Shown in pieces: positions 1 through 9,198 of a stretch of 64,000 nt of DNA. A model generated the notes under the pieces. The model saw nothing but the letters and a program-made list of their open reading frames with translations. It was not told the DNA's origin and made no database searches. The translations under genes were made by a program, and so were the position numbers. The DNA lies in assembly GCA_035525775.1 (NCBI GenBank), contig DATLDR010000243.1:1587-65586 (forward strand), given 5' to 3'. The stretch comes from Flavitalea sp. Lineage in GTDB: Bacteria > Bacteroidota > Bacteroidia > Chitinophagales > Chitinophagaceae. Numbering within the stretch: position 1 is the stretch's first letter; each line of letters starts with the position of its first letter.

Positions 1-177
1 GTACCCGGCAGACATGAGATCGATGAATCGCAGGAATTACATTATCCTGCTATCATGAAAGCTATTATTGATACCGGTTTCAAAGGATTCGTTGCGCAGG
101 AATTTATTCCTACAAAAAAAGAAAAAGACCAGCAGCTTGCGGCCCTTGCACAGGGCGTAAGGATTTGCGATGTGTAG
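1..177 (+). CDS. Hydroxypyruvate-isomerase-like / xylose-isomerase-like TIM-barrel protein, C-terminal fragment (5' end lies outside the window)
   Basis: Frame 1 is open from base 1 to TAG at 175-177. The translation [58 protein letters not shown] resembles the C-terminus of Hyi-type TIM-barrel proteins. Confidence 0.55.
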   Translation, partial: VPGRHEIDESQELHYPAIMKAIIDTGFKGFVAQEFIPTKKEKDQQLAALAQGVRICDV

Positions 178-181
178 TGCA

Positions 182-225
182 GGCAAAGCGCATAGCGTAA
201 AAGGTAATATTGCGTTTTGCCTTTT
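182..225 (+). terminator. Intrinsic terminator after the partial TIM-barrel gene
   Basis: An 11-bp stem pairs GGCAAAGCGCA (182-192) with TGCGTTTTGCC (211-221), including one G.U pair. It is followed by TTTT (222-225) and begins 5 nt after the stop codon. Confidence 0.55.
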
Positions 226-254
226 GCCAAAAAACAAAAACCTAAAGACTTCAT

Positions 255-1940
255 ATGGCCGATAATGTTTATGACGCAATTGTAGTGGGTTCCGGAATCA
301 GCGGCGGCTGGGCAGCAAAAGAGCTTACAGAGAAAGGTTTAAAAGTTATTATGCTCGAGCGTGGTGAAAATATAGAACATGTTAAAGATTATGTGAACGC
401 GACTAAAGGACCCTGGGAATTTCCGCACCGTGGTGGGCGTACACAGAAAATGATAGAAGAATATCCTGTATTAAAAAGAGATTATCCTCTTAATGAGATC
501 AACCTGAATTACTGGGTAAAAGATAAAGATTGTCCATACACAGAAGCTAAACGCTTCGACTGGTATCGCGGGTATCATGTAGGTGGGCGTTCACTGATGT
601 GGGGCCGGCAGAGTTACCGTCTTAGCGATCTTGATTTTTCTGCCAATGCCAAGGATGGAATTGCAATAGACTGGCCCATCCGCTACAAGGATGTTGAGCC
701 ATGGTATACTTATGCAGAAAAATTTGCAGGAATCAGTGGTAATAAAGACGGACTTCCGCAATTGCCAGATGGTCATTTTCTGCCACCGATGGAAATGAAT
801 TGTGTGGAAAAAGATGTGGCCGCGCGTATCAAACAGCATTTTAATGGTTCTATATTAATGACCATTGGCAGAACAGCAAATATAACTGTTGCACACAATG
901 GTAGAACACAATGCCAGTACCGCAATAAATGCTGGCTCGGCTGTCCTTTCGGCGCATATTTCAGTACGCAATCGAGCACATTGCCCGCTGCAATGAAAAC
1001 AGGAAATCTTACACTGCGCCCTTTTTCTATAGTTACAAAAGTTCTGTACGATAAGAATACTAAAAAAGCAACCGGTGTACAAGTTCTTGATTCGGAAACA
1101 AATCAAACATATGAATACAAAGCAAAGGTGGTTTTTCTATGTGCATCTGCCATGAACTCTGCGTGGGTATTGTTCAACTCTGCTACTGATGTTTGGGATG
1201 GTGGTCTCGGAAGCAGCAGCGGAGAACTTGGCCATAATGTTATGGACCATCATTTTCGTTGCGGAGCAGGAGGTATAGCAGAAGGTTTCGATGATAAATA
1301 TTTTTTCGGAAGAAGGCCCAACGGAATTTATATTCCAAGGTTCCAGAACGTTCCGGAAGACACGAAAAAGAGAGATTTTATCAGAGGCTTCGGTTACCAG
1401 GGATCAGCGAGCCGTGAAAACTGGAAACGCAATGTTGCTGAACTTAATATAGGAGCGGATCTTAAAAATGAACTCTCTGAACCAGGCCCATGGACTATGG
1501 GGATTACTGCATTTGGTGAAATACTTTCATATCATGAAAATAAAATAACACTCGACAAGGATAAAAAAGACAAATGGGGACTGCCAGTGCTGCGATTCGA
1601 TTGTGAGATCAAAGACAATGAAAAGAAAATGCGCAAGGCGATGATTGATGATGCAAAGGAAATGCTGGAGGCTGCCGGACTGAAAAGCGTTTATGGCTTC
1701 GATAACGACTATGCAATGGGAATGGGAATTCATGAAATGGGTACAGCACGTATGGGTAAGGATCCTAAAACATCCGTGTTGAATTCGTATAATCAGATAT
1801 GGGATGCAAAGAATGTTTTTGTTACGGATGGTTCATTCATGGTATCTGCGGGTTGTCAGAATCCATCACTTACATATATGGCGATGACGGCCAGGGCAGC
1901 GGACTATGCAGTAAAAGAATTAAAAAAGGGTAATCTTTAA
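255..1940 (+). CDS. GMC-family FAD-dependent oxidoreductase (large catalytic subunit, no signal peptide)
   Basis: 561-aa ORF. The N-terminus runs straight into the FAD-binding fold (YDAIVVGSGISGGWAAKEL..MLERG). The C-terminal region is GMC-like (IHEMGTARMG, VTDGSFMVSAGCQNPSLT). Confidence 0.9.
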   Translation: MADNVYDAIVVGSGISGGWAAKELTEKGLKVIMLERGENIEHVKDYVNATKGPWEFPHRGGRTQKMIEEYPVLKRDYPLNEINLNYWVKDKDCPYTEAKRFDWYRGYHVGGRSLMWGRQSYRLSDLDFSANAKDGIAIDWPIRYKDVEPWYTYAEKFAGISGNKDGLPQLPDGHFLPPMEMNCVEKDVAARIKQHFNGSILMTIGRTANITVAHNGRTQCQYRNKCWLGCPFGAYFSTQSSTLPAAMKTGNLTLRPFSIVTKVLYDKNTKKATGVQVLDSETNQTYEYKAKVVFLCASAMNSAWVLFNSATDVWDGGLGSSSGELGHNVMDHHFRCGAGGIAEGFDDKYFFGRRPNGIYIPRFQNVPEDTKKRDFIRGFGYQGSASRENWKRNVAELNIGADLKNELSEPGPWTMGITAFGEILSYHENKITLDKDKKDKWGLPVLRFDCEIKDNEKKMRKAMIDDAKEMLEAAGLKSVYGFDNDYAMGMGIHEMGTARMGKDPKTSVLNSYNQIWDAKNVFVTDGSFMVSAGCQNPSLTYMAMTARAADYAVKELKKGNL

Positions 1941-1951
1941 AAAATAATATT

Positions 1952-2524
1952 ATGAACAGACGTGATGCGTTGTCGCGGGTTGCACTTATACTGGGCGGAA
2001 CTGTTGTTGGAGCAAATATTTTCCTTGAAGGATGTAAACCTGCTGATAAAAAAGCTTCTTCCGGCATGGAGTTTACTCCGGATGATGTGGCTTACCTCGA
2101 TGAAATAGCAGAAACCATTATTCCTGCTACTGATACACCAGGCGCTAAAGCAGCAAAAGTAGGTGCTTTCATGACGGTTATGGTGAGGGATTGTTATGAA
2201 GAAAAGGATCAGAAAACTTTCAGGGATGGCATGGATAAGATCAATCATGCAGCTGAAGAGAAATTTGATAAAGCATTCATGTCGATCACGCCACAACAGC
2301 GTCATGAACTACTTGTTGGGATTGATAATGAACAAAAACAATACAACAAGAATAGAAAGAAAGATGATCCGGATCACTATTTCAGGCTGATGAAAGAATT
2401 GACGTTGCTGGGCTATTTTACGTCTGAGCCCGGATGCACACAGGCTTTAAGATATGTTGAAACTCCAGGCAAATACGAAGGATGCGTTCCATACAAGAAG
2501 GGTGACAAAGCGTGGGCGTTGTAA
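1952..2524 (+). CDS. Gluconate 2-dehydrogenase subunit 3-family small subunit with a twin-arginine signal
   Basis: 190-aa ORF starting 11 nt after the GMC stop codon. It carries a Tat motif (MNRRDALSRVALILGG) and a lipobox-like LEGC. This family is normally paired with GMC flavoprotein subunits. Confidence 0.8.
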   Translation: MNRRDALSRVALILGGTVVGANIFLEGCKPADKKASSGMEFTPDDVAYLDEIAETIIPATDTPGAKAAKVGAFMTVMVRDCYEEKDQKTFRDGMDKINHAAEEKFDKAFMSITPQQRHELLVGIDNEQKQYNKNRKKDDPDHYFRLMKELTLLGYFTSEPGCTQALRYVETPGKYEGCVPYKKGDKAWAL

Positions 2525-2576
2525 AGGAGATGAAAGACGGAGGAAGAAGAGTACTATATTTTTAAAAATCAATATA

Positions 2577-3506
2577 ATGAATTACAACAGAAGATTATTT
2601 CTGAAAAATAGCGGCCTTGTCGCTTCAGGAATTGCATTGGCGGGAATCGGATGTTCATCACCATCCGGAAATAATGATGGTAATGGTTCCGATTCAGCAA
2701 AATCGACCGACACCACGAATAACGCGGTTGCAGAGCAGGCATTAGGCCAGTTCGGATTGCAGCTATATACTTTGAGAGATGACCTGCCCAAAGATCCAAA
2801 AGCGATTTTAAAGCAGGTGGCGGATATGGGATATAAACAGGTAGAAGGATATGAAGGACCAAAAGGCTTATGGTGGGGAATGAGTAACAAAGAATTTAAA
2901 TCTTATCTCGATCAACTTGGACTTGTAATGATTTCCAGCCATTGTGATTTCAAAAAAGATTTTGAACGCAAAGCTGCTGAAGCTGGCGAGATAGGCATCA
3001 AATATCTAATAGCCCCTTATCTGGGTCCACAGAAAAAAATTGATGACTTTAAGAAATATTCTGAAACATTTAATAAATGTGGCGACATCTGTAAAAAGAA
3101 CGGGCTTAGGTTCGGCTATCATAATCATGGTTACTCGTTCGAGAAACTTGAAGGGCAGTACCCACAGGATGTAATGATGCAGTCTACCAATCCTGAAACA
3201 GTAGATTTTGAAATGGATATCTACTGGGTAGCAGTACCTGAAGAAGATCCTGAAGCATGGCTAAAAAAATATAAAGGCAGGTGGAAGCTCGTACATGTAA
3301 AGGACAGGGACAAGACTGCTCCTCAAACTGAAGCTGATGCTTCTGTTGACCTGGGAACAGGAAGACTTGATTTCAAAAAGATTTTAAAAACAGCCAAGGA
3401 AAATGGCGTTGAATATTATATTGTAGAACAGGAAAAGTACACAAACAGCACTCCTTTGAAGAGCGCTCAGGTTGATGCTGACTATATGAAAAATCTGAAG
3501 ATCTGA
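2577..3506 (+). CDS. Sugar phosphate isomerase/epimerase (xylose-isomerase-like TIM barrel), Tat-exported lipoprotein
   Basis: The ORF-track start at 2454 overlaps the previous gene. The ATG at 2577 gives MNYNRRLFLKNSGLVASGIALAGIGCSS, a Tat motif plus lipobox. The body is TIM-barrel-like (FGYHNHGYSFE, YYIVEQE). Confidence 0.85.
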   Translation: MNYNRRLFLKNSGLVASGIALAGIGCSSPSGNNDGNGSDSAKSTDTTNNAVAEQALGQFGLQLYTLRDDLPKDPKAILKQVADMGYKQVEGYEGPKGLWWGMSNKEFKSYLDQLGLVMISSHCDFKKDFERKAAEAGEIGIKYLIAPYLGPQKKIDDFKKYSETFNKCGDICKKNGLRFGYHNHGYSFEKLEGQYPQDVMMQSTNPETVDFEMDIYWVAVPEEDPEAWLKKYKGRWKLVHVKDRDKTAPQTEADASVDLGTGRLDFKKILKTAKENGVEYYIVEQEKYTNSTPLKSAQVDADYMKNLKI

Positions 3507-3515
3507 GTTCCAGCA

Positions 3516-4286
3516 TTAATTAACGAGTAATTTTTGGAAATCGGTGGAATCGCCGTTGAATACATTGAAATCAACTTTACTTAAAATACCATTCACCCTG
3601 CCTGTTTCGCTGTACTGCCAGAAATGCCAGTGGCGGAATATGCGGGGTTTTCCTTTATTGATATAATGCGCCACCCACAAAGGGTAATCGTTGAATTCTT
3701 CCTCCAGGTATTGGTGGTAAAAATCAACATTTGTATATATTATAGGTCTCACGCCATAGAATTCCTCAACAGTTACCAACCACTCTTTTACCCGCTGCTG
3801 AAGTTTAGCTAAAGGCACACCGAAAGTTTGTTCAATATCCAGTACGGGTGGAAGGTCGCCCGGTTCAATATCCACACTACTGATGAAGTTTTCTGCCTGT
3901 GTTTTTCCGCTTTTGGTAGCAAGAAAGAAATGATATGCGCCACGTACAAGATTTACCGACCGCGCCTTCTGCCAGTTTCTTCTGAAATATTTGTCTTCAT
4001 TTATAATTCCTTCCGTTGCTTTGATAAAGGCAAAGCTGATATGAACATCATCAACATTCATTGATTTTACACTTGGCCAGTCGATAACGCGCTGGTACTT
4101 TGAAACATCAATGCCATGAACGGAGTAGTTGGTGGGAATATCAATTCCAAATTCGTCATATCGGGTATAATGCGCCTTGCGCGACATCCACGATTCGTAG
4201 CCCCAAAGAAACAGCATGACAGCTATGCTGAGTCCGATGCCAACAATCAGCAGTTTCCATAATGTGTCGGTTTTTTTTACGGCCAT
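3516..4286 (-). CDS. Glycoside hydrolase family 25 muramidase (lysozyme), N-terminally membrane-anchored
   Basis: GH25 motifs are present: GIDVSKYQRVIDW, FAFIKATEG, GAYHFF. The ATG at 4286 gives the anchor LWKLLIVGIGLSIAVMLFLW and avoids the overlap with marR that the 4337 start would create. Confidence 0.8.
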   Translation of the reverse strand: MAVKKTDTLWKLLIVGIGLSIAVMLFLWGYESWMSRKAHYTRYDEFGIDIPTNYSVHGIDVSKYQRVIDWPSVKSMNVDDVHISFAFIKATEGIINEDKYFRRNWQKARSVNLVRGAYHFFLATKSGKTQAENFISSVDIEPGDLPPVLDIEQTFGVPLAKLQQRVKEWLVTVEEFYGVRPIIYTNVDFYHQYLEEEFNDYPLWVAHYINKGKPRIFRHWHFWQYSETGRVNGILSKVDFNVFNGDSTDFQKLLVN

Positions 4287-4311
4287 CAGTGATGCAAAGA
4301 TAATCGTGCAC

Positions 4312-4764
4312 TCACACTGATTTACGAAGTTTATCAAGAAGATGATTAATCATTCGTGCTTCTTCTTCTGTTAGACTTGTTAGGTGTGAATCCAGCTCGT
4401 GGGTATGATTATCCAGTTTCTGTAAAAGTGCCAGTCCTTTGTCGGAAATAGTTACGTCTACCAAACGGCGGTCATTTTTACAGATCACCTTTTGTACAAG
4501 TTCTTTTTTAAGGAGCCTGTCAACGATCCTGCTGGTATCGCTCATCTTGTCGAGCATACGTTGCCGTATTTGTAATGTAGATAGCGGTTTCCCGGCGCCA
4601 CGAAGGATCCTGAGAATATTGTACTGCTGCATCGTAAGATCAGCTTTTTCAAAAAAACGTTTTGCGCGCTCCATTGCCCAGTTGTAGGTGTAAATAAGGT
4701 TAACACTCATCTTGTGGTACTCGCTATTGAACTTCGTTTGATGGATATCGTTTTCAATGCTCAT
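4312..4764 (-). CDS. MarR-family transcriptional regulator
   Basis: 150-aa protein with a winged-helix core (LTMQQYNILRILRGAGKPLSTLQIRQRMLDKMSDTSRIVDRLLKKELV..NDRRLVDVTISDKG). Confidence 0.85.
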   Translation of the reverse strand: MSIENDIHQTKFNSEYHKMSVNLIYTYNWAMERAKRFFEKADLTMQQYNILRILRGAGKPLSTLQIRQRMLDKMSDTSRIVDRLLKKELVQKVICKNDRRLVDVTISDKGLALLQKLDNHTHELDSHLTSLTEEEARMINHLLDKLRKSV

Positions 4765-4797
4765 AAAAAGATTTGTATTTTGTTGTAACAGTGTTTT

Positions 4798-5829
4798 TTA
4801 TTCACTCCAAACGCGCGTTCCTTCGCTGCAGTTAGCGCATATATCAATGTTTCTGCGACCATGAAGAACCTTTGTTCTGAATTTTTTGTAGCTATCATTC
4901 TTCCAGATTTCACTGAAAGGTTTTCCTTTAAGGTCGCCCAGTTTATGCTGTGCATCTTTATCAAAGCAGCACGGAACCACCATTCCATCCCATGTAATCA
5001 CCGTTGCATGCCATAGTCGCCAGCAATGATTTGAAAGTGCGTTTTTCAATCGGTGAACGCCATTTTTTTCTTTAATATACCTGCTGAACTTACGCGTTAC
5101 CGGGATAAGGTTGTTAGGATCGTTTTTATAGTCGTATACCTGGGCGGTTTTAAACCTAACTTCATCAACACCGCATTCCTTTGCGAGCAACTTTATCTCA
5201 TGTACCTGGTGCTCGTTCGGTTTAACCACAAGGAACTGAAAAAAAATAAATGGAGTACGGCTTTTCAGCTTTTTTTTCCACGCCACTATATTTTTTGTTC
5301 CTTCTATCACTTTATCCAGGCTGCCACCACGGCGATATTGCTGATAAACGTTCTGTGTTGTTCCATCAATAGAAATGATAAGCCTGTCGAGACCACATTC
5401 TACAGTTTGACGCGCATTATTATCATTGAGGTAATGCGCATTTGTTGAAGTAGCTGTATATATTCCTCTTGATGAAGCATAGGCCACCATTTTCAGGAAC
5501 TGCGGATTCAGGTAAGGCTCACCCTGAAAGTAAAAAACGAGGTATACCAGTTCACGGGAGATCTGGTCAATGGTATTTTTAAAAAAATTATTTTCAAGCA
5601 TGCCTGTGGGTCGCGTAAAAGATCTGAGGCCGCTTGGGCATTCGGGGCAACGCAGATTACATGATGTGGTAGGTTCGAAAGAAACTGAAACAGGGTTACC
5701 CCACTGCACAGGTTTGCCTGTCCATTTGCTGATGTAAAAACTGGTGAGAACCTTGCCGGCATTTAATGTTCTTCTGAATGTTAATTTGGATAGAAGATTG
5801 ATGGTATCGTTCAGGTTGAACCGCGCCAT
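4798..5829 (-). CDS. Radical SAM / SPASM-domain protein of unknown substrate
   Basis: CNLRCPECPSG is a CxxxCxxC radical-SAM cluster motif. The C-terminus has a Cys-rich SPASM-type region (WDGMVVPCCFD...IDICANCSEG). Confidence 0.85.
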   Translation of the reverse strand: MARFNLNDTINLLSKLTFRRTLNAGKVLTSFYISKWTGKPVQWGNPVSVSFEPTTSCNLRCPECPSGLRSFTRPTGMLENNFFKNTIDQISRELVYLVFYFQGEPYLNPQFLKMVAYASSRGIYTATSTNAHYLNDNNARQTVECGLDRLIISIDGTTQNVYQQYRRGGSLDKVIEGTKNIVAWKKKLKSRTPFIFFQFLVVKPNEHQVHEIKLLAKECGVDEVRFKTAQVYDYKNDPNNLIPVTRKFSRYIKEKNGVHRLKNALSNHCWRLWHATVITWDGMVVPCCFDKDAQHKLGDLKGKPFSEIWKNDSYKKFRTKVLHGRRNIDICANCSEGTRVWSE

Positions 5830-5855
5830 ATGAGTAAAGTTAAGGGAGGCAAACC

Positions 5856-6521
5856 TTATCTGAACATGAGATCCTTAACTCTTTCTTTATCTTCTTTTTC
5901 TTTTTTCAGATCGAACATGGTTCCAAAAACATGATCCCATAGTGTAGTGCTTACACCATAACCTTTGCCTTCATCTTTATAATGATGGAGATGATGATTT
6001 CTCCATAAAGGTTTGGCCCATTTAAATGGTGGGTTCCAGGCATGGATAGCATAGTGCATAGTGCCATACATCAGGTATCCTATAAGAAAACCGGGGAAAA
6101 ACATGAAAGCTGGTTTTCCGAGAAGCAGGTATTGTAAAGTAAAGATCACCGAAGCAAGAATAAGGCTGGGTACTGGCGGCATGAACAACCTTTCCTTATC
6201 TCTCGGATAATGATGATGGTTACCATGTATGATATAAATCACTTTCTTCGCCCTATCGCTCTCAGCAACATGATGAAAAATGAACCTGTGCATCATGTAT
6301 TCGAATAAGGTCCAGCAAAGCATTCCTGCAAGAAATAAGACTAAAATTTTCCAGTAGGCGGCATTGAGTGTGGAAGCGGAATAATATAATGAAGCAACGG
6401 CCAGTGGTAAGTACAAACCCCAAATAACCAGGGGATGCGTTTTGGTGAGCATCTCAAGATAGCTGTTATTAAATAGCTGGGCCTGCCCCTTGTTATTTAT
6501 CTTATCGAATTTCATAAGCAC
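5856..6521 (-). CDS. Fatty-acid hydroxylase / sterol desaturase-superfamily membrane protein
   Basis: The protein has several hydrophobic helices plus histidine boxes (HRFIFHH, HGNHHHYP, HHLHHY). Confidence 0.8.
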   Translation of the reverse strand: MLMKFDKINNKGQAQLFNNSYLEMLTKTHPLVIWGLYLPLAVASLYYSASTLNAAYWKILVLFLAGMLCWTLFEYMMHRFIFHHVAESDRAKKVIYIIHGNHHHYPRDKERLFMPPVPSLILASVIFTLQYLLLGKPAFMFFPGFLIGYLMYGTMHYAIHAWNPPFKWAKPLWRNHHLHHYKDEGKGYGVSTTLWDHVFGTMFDLKKEKEDKERVKDLMFR

Positions 6522-6624
6522 CTGTTTCGATTACCAAAAATACAACATACTAACTGATTTCCTGAGCCGCTAATTCCGGTTACCTTTGCGCTTCGGATTA
6601 TAAAAAATTAAATTCCGCTTGTTC

Positions 6625-7635
6625 ATGAAGCTAGTTTCTTACCTCGAAGACGGACACGACCACCTTGCTTTATTATCTGATGGACGATTATATAATATGG
6701 AGTCGCTTCACCCCGACTTGCCCACTAATATGAGCATGTTTCTCCAGTATTGGGAGGATACTTATTCCATGGCTAAAGGCGGAGAAATGATGATACGTGA
6801 AGGGAAAATATTTACAGACAATGGAGTGGATATCGCATCGGTAAATCTTCTGGCTCCCGTACCTTTCCCTGCATCCTGCAGGGATGCCTATGCGTTCAGG
6901 CAACACGTTGTTGCAGCCAGAAGAAACCGCAATGTAGCTATGATACCCGAATTCGACCAGTACCCTATTTTTTATTTTACCAATCATCATAGTATAGTGG
7001 GTGGTGGTGATGTTCCCTGCATGCCCGACCATTTTGAAAAGTTGGATTTTGAACTTGAAGTAGCAATTGTCATTTCAAAACACGGCAGAAATATAAAAGC
7101 AGAGGAAGCAGATGAATATATAGCTGGCTTGATGATCATGAATGACGTAAGCGCAAGAAAATTGCAGATGGAAGAAATGCTCCTTAACCTCGGTCCGGCA
7201 AAAGGGAAGGATTTTGCTACTGCCACCGGTCCTTACCTGGTTACACTTGATGAGCTTGAAGCTTTTGAAATTCCTGCAAAGGCAGGACATACAGGTAAAA
7301 ACTGGAATCTGCGCATGCAATGCAGAGTAAATGGTGTACAGGTAAGTGATGGAAACGTGGGTGACATGGATTGGACGTTTGCTGAAATTATTGAACGGGC
7401 GTCATATGGTGCAGATCTGTATCCTGGTGACGTGATCGGCAGTGGAACGGTTGGCACGGGATGCTTTCTTGAGCTGAACGGAACAGGGAAAGTTAATGAT
7501 CCTGATTACCAGGAGCAATGGATCAAAGAAGGTGATGTTGTTGAGATGGAAGTTGATCAGCTGGGTATTCTAACGAATACTTTTATTAAAGAGGATAGTG
7601 ATTTTTCTATTCTTCAACTGAAAAAGAATGTCTGA
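6625..7635 (+). CDS. Fumarylacetoacetate hydrolase-family protein
   Basis: FAH-fold similarity (E.E...I.....I.....A..YI.G...NDVSAR; GDVIGSGT). The ORF-track start at 6619 is TTG, and the first ATG is at 6625. Confidence 0.85.
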   Translation: MKLVSYLEDGHDHLALLSDGRLYNMESLHPDLPTNMSMFLQYWEDTYSMAKGGEMMIREGKIFTDNGVDIASVNLLAPVPFPASCRDAYAFRQHVVAARRNRNVAMIPEFDQYPIFYFTNHHSIVGGGDVPCMPDHFEKLDFELEVAIVISKHGRNIKAEEADEYIAGLMIMNDVSARKLQMEEMLLNLGPAKGKDFATATGPYLVTLDELEAFEIPAKAGHTGKNWNLRMQCRVNGVQVSDGNVGDMDWTFAEIIERASYGADLYPGDVIGSGTVGTGCFLELNGTGKVNDPDYQEQWIKEGDVVEMEVDQLGILTNTFIKEDSDFSILQLKKNV

Positions 7636-7683
7636 ATTAACACTCGTCTGAAAACAATTATTTTTGCCGCTTAATAAGGAACA

Positions 7684-9198
7684 ATGCATTTATCTGACCA
7701 GGAGATCATACGAAGGGACAAGCTTAAACAACTGCAGGAATTGGGTATCAATCCATACCCCGCTTCACTTTATCCTGTTAATTCCAGCAGCGCATATATA
7801 AGAGAACATTATAAGGGTGATTCAAATGCCCAGGACTTCAAAGATATTTCCATTGCAGGACGCATAATGGGTATCCGTGATATGGGGAAAGCATCTTTCG
7901 CTGTTCTGCAGGATGCTGCAGGGAAAATTCAGCTCTATATCAAAAGGGATGATATTGCAAAAGGTGATGACAAGAGTCTTTATGATAAGGTATGGAAACA
8001 CCTTACAGATATTGGTGACATCATTGGTGTAAAAGGATTTGTTTTTACTACCCGTACCGGTGAATTATCTGTTCATGTAACTGAACTTACATTTCTTTCA
8101 AAGTCGCTCAAGCCTCTTCCCATTGTTAAAGAAAAGGAAGGTGAAACATTTGACGCAGTTACCGATCCGGAGTTTAAATACAGACAACGATATGCCGACC
8201 TGATCATCAACCCTGAAGTGAAAGAAACTTTTATCAAGCGAACAAAAATGGTGAACGCGATTAGAGATTTTCTCAATAGTCGCGGAGCGCTTGAAGTTGA
8301 TACGCCTGTTTTACAGAATATTCCGGGCGGTGCCATTGCACGGCCATTTGTAACACATCACAATGCGCTGGATATTCCTTTGTACCTGCGGATTGCCAAT
8401 GAACTTTTTTTAAAACGCCTGATTGTTGGAGGATTCGACTGGGTATATGAGTTCAGCAGAAATTTTCGAAATGAAGGAATGGACAGAACACATAATCCTG
8501 AATTCACAGTTCTTGAATTCTACGTGGCGTACAAGGATTATGAATGGATGATGGAAATAACAGAACAAATGCTGGAAGCAGTTGCCATTGCTACGAACGG
8601 ATCAACTAAAGTTATTGCCGACGGAAAAGAGATTGATTTCAAGGCGCCTTACAGAAGGCTTTCGATGCACGATGCTATAAAGGAATATACGGGGTACGAC
8701 ATCAGTGGAATGGATGAGGCTGCACTGCGTAAAGTTTGCAGCGATCTTAAAATTCATGTTGATCAATCAATGGGTAATGGTAAACTGATTGATGAAATCT
8801 TCAGTGCGAAATGTGAAAAGAATTTTATCCAGCCGACATTTATCATTGATTACCCGGTGGAGATGAGTCCACTGACAAAAAAACACAGAAGTAAGCAAGG
8901 ACTTGTAGAGCGTTTCGAATTAATGATCAATGGCAAAGAAATGGCCAATGCGTACACAGAGCTTAATGATCCTATTGACCAGCGGGAACGGTTTGAACAA
9001 CAGGTGAAGCTTATGGAGAGGGGCGATGAAGAAGCTATGTATATCGATTATGATTTTCTGCGTGCCCTTGAATATGGTATGCCTCCAACAGCCGGCATAG
9101 GTTTCGGTGTAGACCGGCTTTGCATGTTGATGACCAGCCAATCTTCTATCCAGGATGTATTATTTTTTCCGCAAATGAGAAATGAAGAAATTACTTAG
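7684..9198 (+). CDS. lysS: Lysine--tRNA ligase (class II)
   Basis: 504 aa with an N-terminal OB-fold anticodon-binding domain. Class II motifs are present (FRNEGMDRTHNPEFT, GIGFGVDRLCMLM). Confidence 0.97.
   Translation: MHLSDQEIIRRDKLKQLQELGINPYPASLYPVNSSSAYIREHYKGDSNAQDFKDISIAGRIMGIRDMGKASFAVLQDAAGKIQLYIKRDDIAKGDDKSLYDKVWKHLTDIGDIIGVKGFVFTTRTGELSVHVTELTFLSKSLKPLPIVKEKEGETFDAVTDPEFKYRQRYADLIINPEVKETFIKRTKMVNAIRDFLNSRGALEVDTPVLQNIPGGAIARPFVTHHNALDIPLYLRIANELFLKRLIVGGFDWVYEFSRNFRNEGMDRTHNPEFTVLEFYVAYKDYEWMMEITEQMLEAVAIATNGSTKVIADGKEIDFKAPYRRLSMHDAIKEYTGYDISGMDEAALRKVCSDLKIHVDQSMGNGKLIDEIFSAKCEKNFIQPTFIIDYPVEMSPLTKKHRSKQGLVERFELMINGKEMANAYTELNDPIDQRERFEQQVKLMERGDEEAMYIDYDFLRALEYGMPPTAGIGFGVDRLCMLMTSQSSIQDVLFFPQMRNEEIT

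Noticed and set aside
37-279. Two minus-strand ORFs (80 aa and 70 aa) spanning the first intergenic region
   Set aside because: They overlap the 3' end of the partial TIM-barrel gene, its terminator hairpin and the GMC start codon. Their composition is implausible for a real protein.
3516-6521. The radical SAM/SPASM locus as a RiPP biosynthetic cluster
   Set aside because: No precursor-peptide ORF fits in the 26-34-nt spacers. There is no adjacent peptidase or transporter. It is retained only as an enzyme of unknown function.
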